From: Babesia bigemina
Lineage: Eukaryota
Direction of reading: 5' to 3'
Assembly (NCBI RefSeq): GCF_000981445.1
Contig: NC_027216.1
Coordinates: forward strand, 2,294,001 to 2,358,000
DNA: 64,000 nt
A program made the position numbers and the translations under genes. The notes under the pieces are model-generated. The model ran no database searches and had not been told where the DNA came from. It saw only the letters and a list, made by a program, of their open reading frames with translations. Position 1 is the stretch's first letter, and each line of letters opens with the position of its first letter. Below are positions 46,706 through 57,819 of the stretch, one piece after another.

Positions 46706-47062
46706 CTATGAGAGTCCACTGTAGGAGCTCCGTCGAGATGTTGGGAAGATGTTGGACAGTTTTCGGTATGTCATGTTTAGAAGACCGAAGTAGTAACATG
46801 AGCAAACGATGATGGCGACTATGAATATCGGAAGGAAAATCCACAAATATACCCGACTACAACACCAGCAACCGCAAAACAACTTACCATTGCATCTTGG
46901 ACATTTAGGAGTATTACATATTTTCTTGCCTTCTTGGAAGGTTGTGCTACTCTGACTACATTGCATACACTTCGAACATTTTGAACAACACGCGGCACAG
47001 CACTTGCAGTTTGATTCCGTACACTGCCCGCCAACATCGTGGCACTTACATTTGCCACTCAT
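46706..47062 (-). CDS. Small Cys-rich single-TM protein (family member D)
   Basis: GKCKC...NCKCCAACCSKC...CGCWCC, TM VYLWIFLPIFIVAIIVCSCYYFGLL, tail FPTSRRSSYSGLS. Confidence 0.72.
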   Translation of the reverse strand: MSGKCKCHDVGGQCTESNCKCCAACCSKCSKCMQCSQSSTTFQEGKKICNTPKCPRCNGKLFCGCWCCSRVYLWIFLPIFIVAIIVCSCYYFGLLNMTYRKLSNIFPTSRRSSYSGLS

Positions 47063-47072
47063 ATTCCCTCCG

Positions 47073-47191
47073 CCTCAACCTGCAAACATATCAATCACCT
47101 AGCAAGCACCCACCAACTGCAACACTACCACTGCCGCTCCCACTCCCCTCAACCTGCAAACATATCAATCACCTAGCAAGCACCCACCAAC
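47073..47191. repeat. Perfect 45-bp direct repeat (47073-47117 and 47147-47191)
   Basis: cctcaacctgcaaacatatcaatcacctagcaagcacccaccaac occurs twice with a 74-bp period. Confidence 0.95.
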
Positions 47192-47353
47192 CACTCATCA
47201 ACACGCACCTCAGCAACGCAACTGAGCTCTCATCAGCTTCAGCATCAGCCAGGTGCCCGTAGTCCAGAGAATAGCCAGCCACATTACGGCTATGCAGCTA
47301 TCACAAAGGAAGTACAACTAAGCTAAAGCATGTTGATACCATCCTGTCCGTGG

Positions 47354-47400
47354 CATGCAGGTCAGCCTGTGCCAGTGGAGCAGTCAACTCCAACCATAAA
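47354..47400 (-). promoter_or_regulatory. Conserved upstream element of the Cys-rich TM family (copy upstream of member D)
   Basis: catgcaggtcagcctgtgccagtggagcagtcaactccaa matches 39351-39390. Degenerate copies lie at 35941-35980 and 41206-41233. Confidence 0.55.
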
Positions 47401-48749
47401 GGACAGCACAAAGTTGGCAAAGCCGCTTCTGAATGTCATCACATTCGTGTCTTAATGAGTGCCTAAGTGAGCGACATTGCGTTGTTTTACTCTTTAGTTA
47501 TTACGCCGTTTCCATCAATCTCCATAACTACACCGTTTACTAGCCATCACGTCAGAGTACCGGTGGCATTCATTTCCTAGGCATGCACACGATAACTCCC
47601 ATGATAAACACCTACCTAATAGACAACCCAGTGTCTTCTGGGACGGCAGCTGTCAACAGCATATGTTGATGGCAAACCACCTATGTACATGACACTGACG
47701 AGGTGGGATGACTTAGACACGTATCACAATTGACGCACGTCCCAACATCCCAAACAACGAAAGTATCAATGCATCTATTAAATTCTCTGTCAAATGGCTG
47801 GGTGTATATTGGGAAACATATTTTTTAGGAGGTGCGTTAGAGTTTAGACTGGGTGGTGAGTGAGGTCCTGTTTTTAAATAACAGGTTTATACCACGTTAG
47901 TTGGTACGTCAAACTAGTATGATAAAAATTGTGTATATGCCAAATTCACTAATATATCTGACAGCACCTGACTGTCATGTGTGGCAGAATACCGCATCAC
48001 AACAAAGATCACAGCACTAGCAGTGTACATCTATCTGCGATTATTATTACGTTTTGTTAACAAGTTCATCAGGTCGCAGTCGAAGTAACAGACGTAGGGT
48101 GAGCATGTTTCTGCTCGAGGAATGTAGAGCCGTGGCATCAATAAGCTGGGAAAGTCTGGTAATCAAAATTTGGATGATCTTCATGTGATGTAGAAACATA
48201 TTAGCTACAGATAGTGCTGCGATGGACCATAGTCCTATAAGCGTAAAGAAGAATGGAAGGCGGACTCGGTAAAGCACGTGACCACACAGGTGATAAGATT
48301 TGCGATAGGCTGGCAGTTTACCACGACCTTCAAAGTTTAGAAGGTATACGAACACGTGAGTGGAGATTTCGATATACCCTCCGGCAGCGTGGATCCGTGA
48401 AATCAGCAGATTGGAATGGCAATGGCAGGGGTTGAAAGAAATGCAAGCTCGAAGTCTTAATCAAGGATCAATGACAGCGCCCTAGACATTGTCCCAGTTG
48501 AGGAAACGTTCGTATGGAGCGGAGCGGGTGTAACCAAGTCTGAACAATGTTGGATACGATTCGTGCAGCTTATTAACAAGGCCCCATACACTGGCTAATC
48601 GTTTTCATGCGCCCCCACTAAAAGGATAAAAAGCAATTGACGAGACAAAAGCCCATAACAGCCTTGAACCCTGTGTGTTTACAACAGTTGAGAACTAATA
48701 GCACGCCAAGGTCTCTAATTTTCAAAATATGTGCATGTTTGAAAATCAT

Positions 48750-50460
48750 TCAAGATACACGGGTGCCGCCAGAGCGCAAAAATATAATCCTCTGTTCTGG
48801 GGTCAAATAATCATCTGACCTGCCTCTCTCCTCAGGTCTTTCCACTTCCATTGAAGCCTCCGCGCCACCATCCCCTGGTATAACTGTGATTGCAGTTTCC
48901 TTTGGTTCCTCTGGAAATTCTGTTATTGCTTCTTCTTGTTTTGTCTTATCTGACACGCTTTTCTCTTGTTTCAGTTTTTCTTGCCTTCTTTCTTCCCTTA
49001 TCTTCCATTCTTTCTTATTTTCCGGTACTATTTTCTCCTTGTCTGTCTTATACGTACCAAACAACGCGCCATAGCACGCAATGTTGAGCAGTGAGCCTAT
49101 CACAATCATGTACATGGTCGACTTCCTCAGCGCCTCGGTGTTGTTATCTTTGAGACCCTTTTCCATGTCATCAATTGCCTGTGTTGACGGGGCGTAACCA
49201 TGCAGCTTCTCTGACACGTACGCGAAGATTTCGACGAAACTGACGCTGACCGAGATACCCGATATGCACTGGATGATGGCTGATGCGCTGGCTTGGTACT
49301 TGTCCTCGATGACTTTTCTCATAATAGGTCTATCTACTCCGCCAACTGTGACCAAAGTAGCCCCGAGAACCGCAAACTCTATGTAGTGATACCACATCAG
49401 ACGTCCGTCTGGAGCCGGGGACACAAAGAACAACACACAAACGATTAATCGCACGCCCATCACGACAATTCCGGCTATCAGCTCGCCAAATTCCTTATGC
49501 GTACTTGTGATTTTTTCGATAACTATACCACCAGCCGCAGTCCCTGCCGCGCCTCCAATCGTTGTGACCAAAATCGCAATTCCAACCTTCATATCAGACA
49601 CACCCAAATATTCCAGGTACGTGATCATGTACGGCAGGGTGCACATCGGAGCCTCCGCGATAAGCATCGTGAATATACACAGAAATGCGGACCAAGAATT
49701 GAAAACCGCCTTAAAGGCTCCGGATATTTGGTTGATAAAGTCGTTGATGGAGTCATACGGAGAAATGAGTTCCTTCGGAGTTTGCATTGCAAATATAATC
49801 GCGATGCCAACTGAAATCCACACATAACCCAACACAATGTATGATACGCGCCAACCGATAAATCCCAGCAAGATGTTTTGAGCAGCCTCTGTGGTTATTG
49901 CGGCACACAACATACGTCCAATGCAATTCAGCGCATGAAGACGGGTGAACGTGCTGCTACTGGTACTGCTCTCCTCATCATCTTTATCCGAGATAATCTT
50001 TTGCTGAACTGGATAGATGCAGCCGAATGCGGCGCCGTGTAAGAAACGCAAGAAGAGGATCTGCAGACGCATCATCAGTGCAAACCTTTTAACCTACCGA
50101 CGAGTACCGTGACGTGGAGCTTAGCAGAATGGAGGCAATGCCCATGAATAATAGCCCAGCAGACATCACCAGATTAGTCTCAAACGCATCCGCCAGCAAC
50201 CCCCAAACGAGCGAGAAGCACAACCGCGACATGATAGACACAGTCATCAGCATTGTCTGCTGTTGCTTCGTGAAGCCCATAGTTGACTCGAAGAGCCTCA
50301 TGCACAAGTACAACACCTGCTGCTCGTAGCCCTCAGTGAACGACACCACGTGGTACAACACTTGACCGAAGGTGCCATAGTCTTCAGTTTGTTTCTTTGC
50401 TTCTTTTCCTGAAGGTTCCGAAGTAGTTACTGCAGGTGATGACGCGTGTGGTTCAGACAT
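48750..50460 (-). CDS. Major facilitator superfamily transporter (spinster-like), 2 exons
   Basis: About 12 TM segments; MFS motif-A-like WGLLADAF, FLRFLHG and GWR. Intron at 50061-50097 joins the two ORFs in frame. Confidence 0.88.
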
Positions 50461-52733
50461 CGTTCCACACTAATGTTCACTTATCATCATTGGATGGGCT
50501 TCAATATAAAAACCGCTATGGACGCGTAACGTACGGATCAGAATGTGAACTGCATTAAAACAGATGTATGGTATTATTTTTCATAGCGTATCCATGCGAT
50601 ATAATCGCCCGGTGTGGAATTAGAGGCCACATATCACGTGACACATAATACCATCATGACGAACGACATCGTTATATACACATTACGTTGCACCACAGAA
50701 GAACACATAGAAATTTACCTAAAATTTAGGGAGCTAAGGGAATAACGTATAATGATGAATAACTAAAATAAAAAGATATTCACATATGTAAAATATGCAT
50801 AGATCCTGGTCTTATAACCGCTCCGTTTGACGTCACAAAACTACCTTCATCTACAATATCAAAACATTCTAACTGGAAATGTTTGTGGTCATTGCATCTC
50901 TTAAGCTATTATATTACTGTGTCTGACAAACTAATCGGTGCGGGTGAAAGATTGGATGAAGCATCTCGATGAGAGTTGCAATAGGTGGGCATGTTGCAAT
51001 GGGAGATCCAGCACGGACTTCGTGAGCGCTGCTTACACGTGGATTCACAGCGACGCAGTTAGAACAGGAGAAGACATGGGATAGTGCTATACATAAGCGA
51101 TTTTGGTATTCGGTGAAATCCACAAAATTTATGGCCTCCACCTCGCAAGGTTACGTTGAAGCAAATGCATCCACAAATCAGCTTCTATCCGTATTGCTCG
51201 TAATTGTATAAGGTCGCATTGGGATACATTAATACCTTTGATCACCCTTCCACCTCGCTCAAGCATTGGTTTTCCTACTTTAGACATGTGGTTGCTGTGT
51301 AATTCAGCATACAATCATGTTTGATTGTACGTTATGTAGACATAATGTGTTGACTGTCTACGTCCTTATGATACGAAGCTTTGGGGCAAATTGTGCTTTC
51401 TGCAACGCTGATCCATTTTTAACCTGCAAATATTACAACCCACACTTTACACCTCTGCGAATCCGTTACATACAGACCACGCATGTTTTGTACATCATAC
51501 ATAATCGACAGAGTACATATGTCCCTTCAATGTACGATAACATGTATTTTAACGGAGCTCAGCTACACTGCATCATTCCAAGGCCATTTTGGCGTTACCC
51601 CTTAATATTTAGCGCATGACATATGCGTATGAGATAACAGTATACACGAATATTGATCCAAAAATAGTCTTACCTCCGACCATTTCAACCTAGGTGTCAC
51701 CCATGTTCTTACGGGACAGTTAACTGGAGTGCTGTGAACCCCCGCAATAATACATGTACAACACACATGAGTGTTACTGCTTCATCGCTGTTGAATTTCA
51801 AGAGTTATACAGCGCTCATTACCCTTAGCTACCATTCATCGCCCTCTTACTATTAGTATTGTGGCATCCACTCCGAGGCACCGCAATCCACCGTACTACG
51901 AAATTTTCTCACTATATACATGAAATCACATTTACGTAAAACATTTCATATACCCTCATGGTGTTATCACAAAACCACTCACGCTGACATTACGTCCCAT
52001 AAGCCAATCTTAATGTGTCTTCAATTATGGTAAAGTCTCATAACTTTTCTGCTCACTTCTAGCATTGACTCCATCTAACATATCTTGTTATCCTTACTGG
52101 CGCTCAACAACCTAGCATCATGTATTCTCCACCTTTCTCTATCCCATCCCACCGAACTGTAATCACTGTGGGTGAGCCCAGCGACGGCGCAAAGTTCAGC
52201 AACCAGCAATGCCGACATAGTTAACTGTAGCTTTCTAAATTATCCGATGTAGTGCGCCGTGAAGATGTAGCGTGGCGGTAGATCGCTACCTCCGTGCCTC
52301 ACCACCGGTGGGTTGATGTTGGCAGCCACTGTCACCGTGGTGGGTGGTTAATAGTAGTGGAGTTCTTGTACTAATGGGATATTTGCCGTAAAAGATACGT
52401 CTTTGCCTATTTAAAGTGTTGCCTTACTCTTAACTTGTTAGAATATATGGAGACGGCCACATGACATCTGTGTCACTTTGATGAGATGTAGTGCACATGA
52501 AGGGTGTTGTGAGACGTAATCATACATCATGCATTAAACTGCGGTAATGTTTTTAACGAAGGACCATACACGTTGCTGTAACATTAGAAAATACTAGTAA
52601 GTTGCCACTGCAATTGTAATGTTCGAACTGAGAGTAATGCCGTTACGGCAACAAACACGTCACCATAGATACGAACATGAACTATAACAATTGCCATGTG
52701 CGATTGCCAGGCAGGTTACCAAATCTGAGTTAT

Positions 52734-55616
52734 TCATACTTTGGCGTAATAGTTTTCGATCTGGATGGTGGATAGGACTATGCCCTTGATGGTGACACAT
52801 CGGCACTCCAACGGCGGGGTTTGGCGCAGGATCTCGTATGGCCCTACAACTGAACTATATAGACGCACGGTTACGAAGTGATTGGAATGTGATGCTACCA
52901 AAGACTGGCTGATGTCACTCAAGTTCTTCACTTCACCCTCCACTAACACTTGGTCGAAGCAGTTGGGTGGGTCGAGTACGTACGGCGCCGGGCAGTAGAA
53001 TGCTGCTTCTTTAGCGGTCTGAATGTCAATCTTGCAGCCGATTTGTTGTCTGTCAGCATCGTAGAGTTTAGGTGTCTCGGGCTTGAATAACGTATCTCTT
53101 GACTCAGTAATTCCGCACCCTTGCATGTATGGGTCCGTCATCTCTACGTCAATTTGAACTACGTTCCACGTGTATTCCTCCAACGGCGTTAAAGTCAGGG
53201 GAATGTCAGCTGCATACTCGACATCGTCGATTTGATCAAAATCTGATTCTGATAGCTCCTTACCGCAAACGAATATCATTGGCACGTACTCCGAGTTATC
53301 TGGATCCCTGGATACCAAAATTGCGCCGCTATTGGATTTTATTGTAAAATAACTATATTGATTGTTATCTTCTAACATAATGATCTCTATTCCACCTTTT
53401 GTGCCAGCTATTCTATCTTCCTTTCGCTTTGGAACTAGCATAGTTCCTTCTGCGGTCGTCTCTACAGTGTAATGGTTGAATTGAACATAATATGGTAACC
53501 AGTTAGGTAGTGTGATGGCGTTATCATCACCGTTGTACAACGCATCATCCAGAACACACCGCATCGAGAATTCTGTGCCCCAATGTAGTTTTATAGGTCT
53601 CTGGGGTGTGTTGTGTAGCACAATTGATCGCAAAGAAGCGTGATGGTCGTGTAAATATGCCACCTCATTCAAGGGAAGTAATAAGTAAGGCAGCAATCTT
53701 TGATTTGCGTCTTCACGTCTGACTGTATACTCATACTCCTCACGACGGTTGGATTTTAAAATAAGTCGAGATGTCTCGTATCCATGTTCATCGACACAAC
53801 TGCAAGCGTGACTGACGGGCACATTTTGGAAGCTCATGTCGAATACCTGAAATCCTCGAACGGGGTAAAGTGTGACATTGCGCACAGCTGTAGGAAATGG
53901 CGCAATCTGATTGGAGGAAAGATCGTACCCTGTGGACTCGCAATTGTTTGGAAGCAGCTCCTCATTGTCCCCGCATTGAATGCCGGCTTGCTCCTCGCCA
54001 CTCCTGACATCTAACAGCCATTCAGATGTTAAAGGCATACCATTCCGCATGTATCTAATTGTAAGAGAGCCAATATCATTTGCCGGATCAAACATACCTG
54101 ACCTCCATCTGTCACAACCAATAATATTGTAGCGATATGTAGGCGCGAATGAGACGTTCACTACAGCGCGTATTTTTTCGAGAACGTATTCGTTCCTAGA
54201 TATGACTGTCCAATGATATAAAAACGAGTTGTATCCTTTTCGTAACGCCAGAGGTCTGTCCATACGGTACTTCAGCGTCACCTCTCCTCCCTCCACTTGG
54301 GATACATCTACCTCGATCGCGCCGCCAGTGAATGCTTCGTGGATCAAGATTTCGTCGTAATGATCGATGTCATAAATTGTTTGTCTTTGGCGTACTACCA
54401 ACGACATGTCCGGCTTGAATTCAGTTTCGTATTCATGGGTAGATGGAAGTTGCGATAATGGGACTGTCGAAGGATCATAGTCAACATCGCCGTCTTCTTC
54501 GAATTCCGAGTCAGCAGCAGCCGACTTGACTGTCTGTTTTGGCAACTTTATGGTGAACGTAGCACCCGGATGTAGCATCACTGAACACCAGGGGCCACTA
54601 ATAGGCTTCAACCTGTTACGAGCAATCATGCTAGCTATGTCACAAACGTATTCAGTTTTCCAACGGATCTCCATCCTTGCTTTCACGTGACCAGTCAAAG
54701 GATCTATGCACCGGCATTCGCCGTTGAAACGGGGTAATGCTAAGCCATTAAAATATCTCGCCACAACCCATTTTCCACGATTATATACATGCTTATATGA
54801 ATGTGGTGTAGGAGCACTCACAACTCTGTTCATCTTGTCCAAGAGATGCCTCATGCAATCATCCGGTTCAGTGCGCCCTTCACAAATAAAACCGATTGGC
54901 GATTCTGATACCGGATCTACCACACACGACCGTGTGCCCGTTTCGGAGTCCACGGTAACATTATCCGAAGCAAAAAGAGATGAAGGACGGCTTCCACAAC
55001 CTTGAAGGGGAAGGGATGTGTTTCTTCTATTCAAAAAGAATACGCCCAGACCCTTTCCTATATTTGACATTTCTTGTACCAATGAAGTGACTGGAGTCCA
55101 AGGAATTTCTTCTATGAGACGAAATCCGTTGAGGCGAGCAAGTTGTCCTTGCAGCGCATCACTCAATACCAAATCCCTAGGACCACAAATGAATACCACA
55201 CGTTCTTCAGTAATGGCATGTATATATTCATCCATTAGATCGATATGCAACTCAGTTTGCGAGTCGTTTGACACTTTCCAAGCATATGAGCGTGGTACTT
55301 CGGTGACCACTACCTTCGAAAAAAGGACGGAGTGAAACTTGCCGTCTTCAATCACATATGTTTTGAGACTGACGTCATGATCAGAGGTTGATTGGGGATG
55401 CCATACATACTCAGTACCGTTGACTTGGTGTGGACATGTCAGAGATGCAATCCCAATGTCATCCATGTTCATCTGGAATGCAACTACGGCATTGGTATAC
55501 AAAGAGCTCATACTATCTATGAAATCATATTCCACTGCGTATATGAATTCAAACAAGTGGAGACTTATTGCGCAAATGGCCAACGGGACTCTCATCAATT
55601 TCGCCATGTTTGTCAT
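52734..55616 (-). CDS. Large secreted protein with 6-Cys (s48/45)-like domains
   Basis: Signal peptide. Repeated modules QGCG...C.VD...GFIC...PDDC...CRC and QGCG...CKIDI...AFYCP...DPPNCFDQV...CRC. No C-terminal GPI/TM segment. Confidence 0.8.
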   Translation of the reverse strand: MTNMAKLMRVPLAICAISLHLFEFIYAVEYDFIDSMSSLYTNAVVAFQMNMDDIGIASLTCPHQVNGTEYVWHPQSTSDHDVSLKTYVIEDGKFHSVLFSKVVVTEVPRSYAWKVSNDSQTELHIDLMDEYIHAITEERVVFICGPRDLVLSDALQGQLARLNGFRLIEEIPWTPVTSLVQEMSNIGKGLGVFFLNRRNTSLPLQGCGSRPSSLFASDNVTVDSETGTRSCVVDPVSESPIGFICEGRTEPDDCMRHLLDKMNRVVSAPTPHSYKHVYNRGKWVVARYFNGLALPRFNGECRCIDPLTGHVKARMEIRWKTEYVCDIASMIARNRLKPISGPWCSVMLHPGATFTIKLPKQTVKSAAADSEFEEDGDVDYDPSTVPLSQLPSTHEYETEFKPDMSLVVRQRQTIYDIDHYDEILIHEAFTGGAIEVDVSQVEGGEVTLKYRMDRPLALRKGYNSFLYHWTVISRNEYVLEKIRAVVNVSFAPTYRYNIIGCDRWRSGMFDPANDIGSLTIRYMRNGMPLTSEWLLDVRSGEEQAGIQCGDNEELLPNNCESTGYDLSSNQIAPFPTAVRNVTLYPVRGFQVFDMSFQNVPVSHACSCVDEHGYETSRLILKSNRREEYEYTVRREDANQRLLPYLLLPLNEVAYLHDHHASLRSIVLHNTPQRPIKLHWGTEFSMRCVLDDALYNGDDNAITLPNWLPYYVQFNHYTVETTAEGTMLVPKRKEDRIAGTKGGIEIIMLEDNNQYSYFTIKSNSGAILVSRDPDNSEYVPMIFVCGKELSESDFDQIDDVEYAADIPLTLTPLEEYTWNVVQIDVEMTDPYMQGCGITESRDTLFKPETPKLYDADRQQIGCKIDIQTAKEAAFYCPAPYVLDPPNCFDQVLVEGEVKNLSDISQSLVASHSNHFVTVRLYSSVVGPYEILRQTPPLECRCVTIKGIVLSTIQIENYYAKV

Positions 55617-56503
55617 TTGAGTCAGACGCTAGACAAAAATAATCCCGAGTAAAAATGACCTTCAACCAACCTATAACGCATGCTTATATGCATTAAGTAA
55701 TACGTATGGCTAGTAATTTTTCAAGAAGTAGTAATGAAATTCACAGCCCCAGCTAGCTGGCTTGTTACGGAATAATTTTCCTAAAAAAATAAACAGGTCT
55801 AAGAATTGAAGTCACTCTAGTGGACATCAATGGTTGCGTTCTACTATTGATAAAAATTTAGATGCAGACTATAACACTAAGATTATTACATGAAGCATCG
55901 TTGCCCTTCCCGAGAAAATTCTCAACAAGACACCCATTATTGGCGATACATTATCTTCACAAGGCTATGACCATTCTCCATATGGCGATAGACAGCGCAT
56001 ATAACCAGGTGGAGAAGATGTAATATGAGCGTGAAAGGCGCCAATGCTTTTTAAAGGATCAGACGATGTCCATGGTTGTACCAAATGTTGTGACGTTGGA
56101 AGGACTTGTGGCTCGATTGTATAATATGCATCTACTAGCAGTTTACATCTCTGATCGCACAAATTACCACATCCAACGGGATGTTAGATCAACAAACCCA
56201 TACGTTGCGATGAGGGATGTGGAACCCAGAGAAGATTATGACTCGGCCAACTAACCTGTAGCCCAACCTGCATGGATGGCACCAGTGACCATCGCCAACG
56301 TACCGACGTGGATCCCGCAACCAGTATCAGCGTGAGGCGGCAGAAACGCAAAATTGAAAACCGGCCCTAGGCACGTAGCCACATAGCACACTTTAGAATG
56401 AGAGGACATAATAAGGGACAGTACTTCTATTAAGAGATCTGTACTACATGACGAATCAAAAGTTGGAGTAGCGCGTGAATGCGATCGAAGCTACACATTC
56501 GCC

Positions 56504-57738
56504 TTATTGAGCGCTTAAATTAAGCCGACTAAGATGTTCGGAACAGTTCCTCATCCGACGCTCCTCGAGCCATGGCAAGTAGGAAGTCTTGTACTCCTCT
56601 CTACATTTTTCCAGGTTCTTTAAATGTTCCTCAAATCCTTCACCGGTCATCGAAGAGACACCGTCACTCTGCACATTTTAAGACATACAACATCATCTTA
56701 CCTTGATGTCTGAGTAGAATTCGTTCAGCATGAGTGCGCATGAGCGACTGAAGCTGTGGCAGCATGATCAATTCCCACGACAAATCATACCTCGCCATGT
56801 AAGAATCATCTTGCATAACTGCTTCATAGAACGCGTTGTAATCGTCCATCCACTCTAAGCACTTTTCGTGTCGGTCGACATCTGCGACTCGTGACTCATG
56901 ACCGGAAATGGCATACCTATTTTGTTAAAACATGCGATAAAAGGTAAGCGCGACTTGTACATGACGCTGTAAATCGGTGTTAAGTTTATTAGATGAGCCT
57001 ACCTGCACGCGTACACCATGTTTGCCATGAAGGTTACAGGTAACTGTGACCTGCACGTGTCGATCACGTAGTTGACCATGGTGGGGAAGGAAGACGCCAG
57101 CGACTCTGCTCGCAAATGTGCAACAAATACTACTCAACGTGTGGCCGCACCTAGTATCACCGTGCCGCTTGCAGACCAGTTGAACACTTCGATTTGTCCT
57201 GGCGTGTCGATTACTATATAGTCAAGTTTTGGGCATCGACGATCCAGGAGTTCCAATACCTTGTCAAACCTAAGTATACGTTATCAATGAATCCAGAAAT
57301 GTTTACCTTGTGACGAATAGGTTGAGACATGTCATAATAGCACCATTTGGTCCCAAGCGGTACTTCTTCATTACATTGCGGTACTTGATGGACTCGCGGA
57401 TGTCTGCATTAAGCTGATCTCCTACGTACCACACATCACTCTACCGATGTTTGGCGTATATGGTATCTTGGTGACCTGCAATGGCTGTTCGTTTGCTGGA
57501 TGCTCCGACATACCGCGGGGTCGAGGTTGATAGAATAGACCTTTTTACCGTGCACCTTCAAGTTGTCAATGAGCGCTCGCACATAAGACGTCTTTCCGCT
57601 GCCAGCCATGCTGCAAAGTTGGTGGAAGGTTGTGCGTATTAAGGCATTTTACCCTATCACGACGATGGCAAGGGTGTTCCGTCCCTTTGCTGCAACCGGC
57701 TTCAGCAGCACATTATCGCCGGGGTCGTTATCGTTCAT
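56504..57738 (-). CDS. GPN1: GPN-loop GTPase 1, multi-exon
   Basis: Hand-spliced exons give [43 protein letters not shown] and [11 protein letters not shown] at 57738, TAA at 56504. Confidence 0.9.
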
Positions 57739-57819
57739 AGTGATAATTAAAAAATTATTTCAGTGGTTTCGAGTGACAAGGGCGGAGCCCGGCCTTCTTC
57801 TGGCGCGCCAAGACAACTC

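Noticed and set aside
44564..47191. 30-bp and 45-bp repeats as a CRISPR-like array
   Set aside because: Eukaryotic context, only 2-3 copies, one repeat is coding, and there are no cas genes.
48047..48600. Short ORFs in island spacers (also 50914-51619 and 55965-56254)
   Set aside because: No motifs or consistent spliced frame; cannot be supported as genes or pseudogenes.
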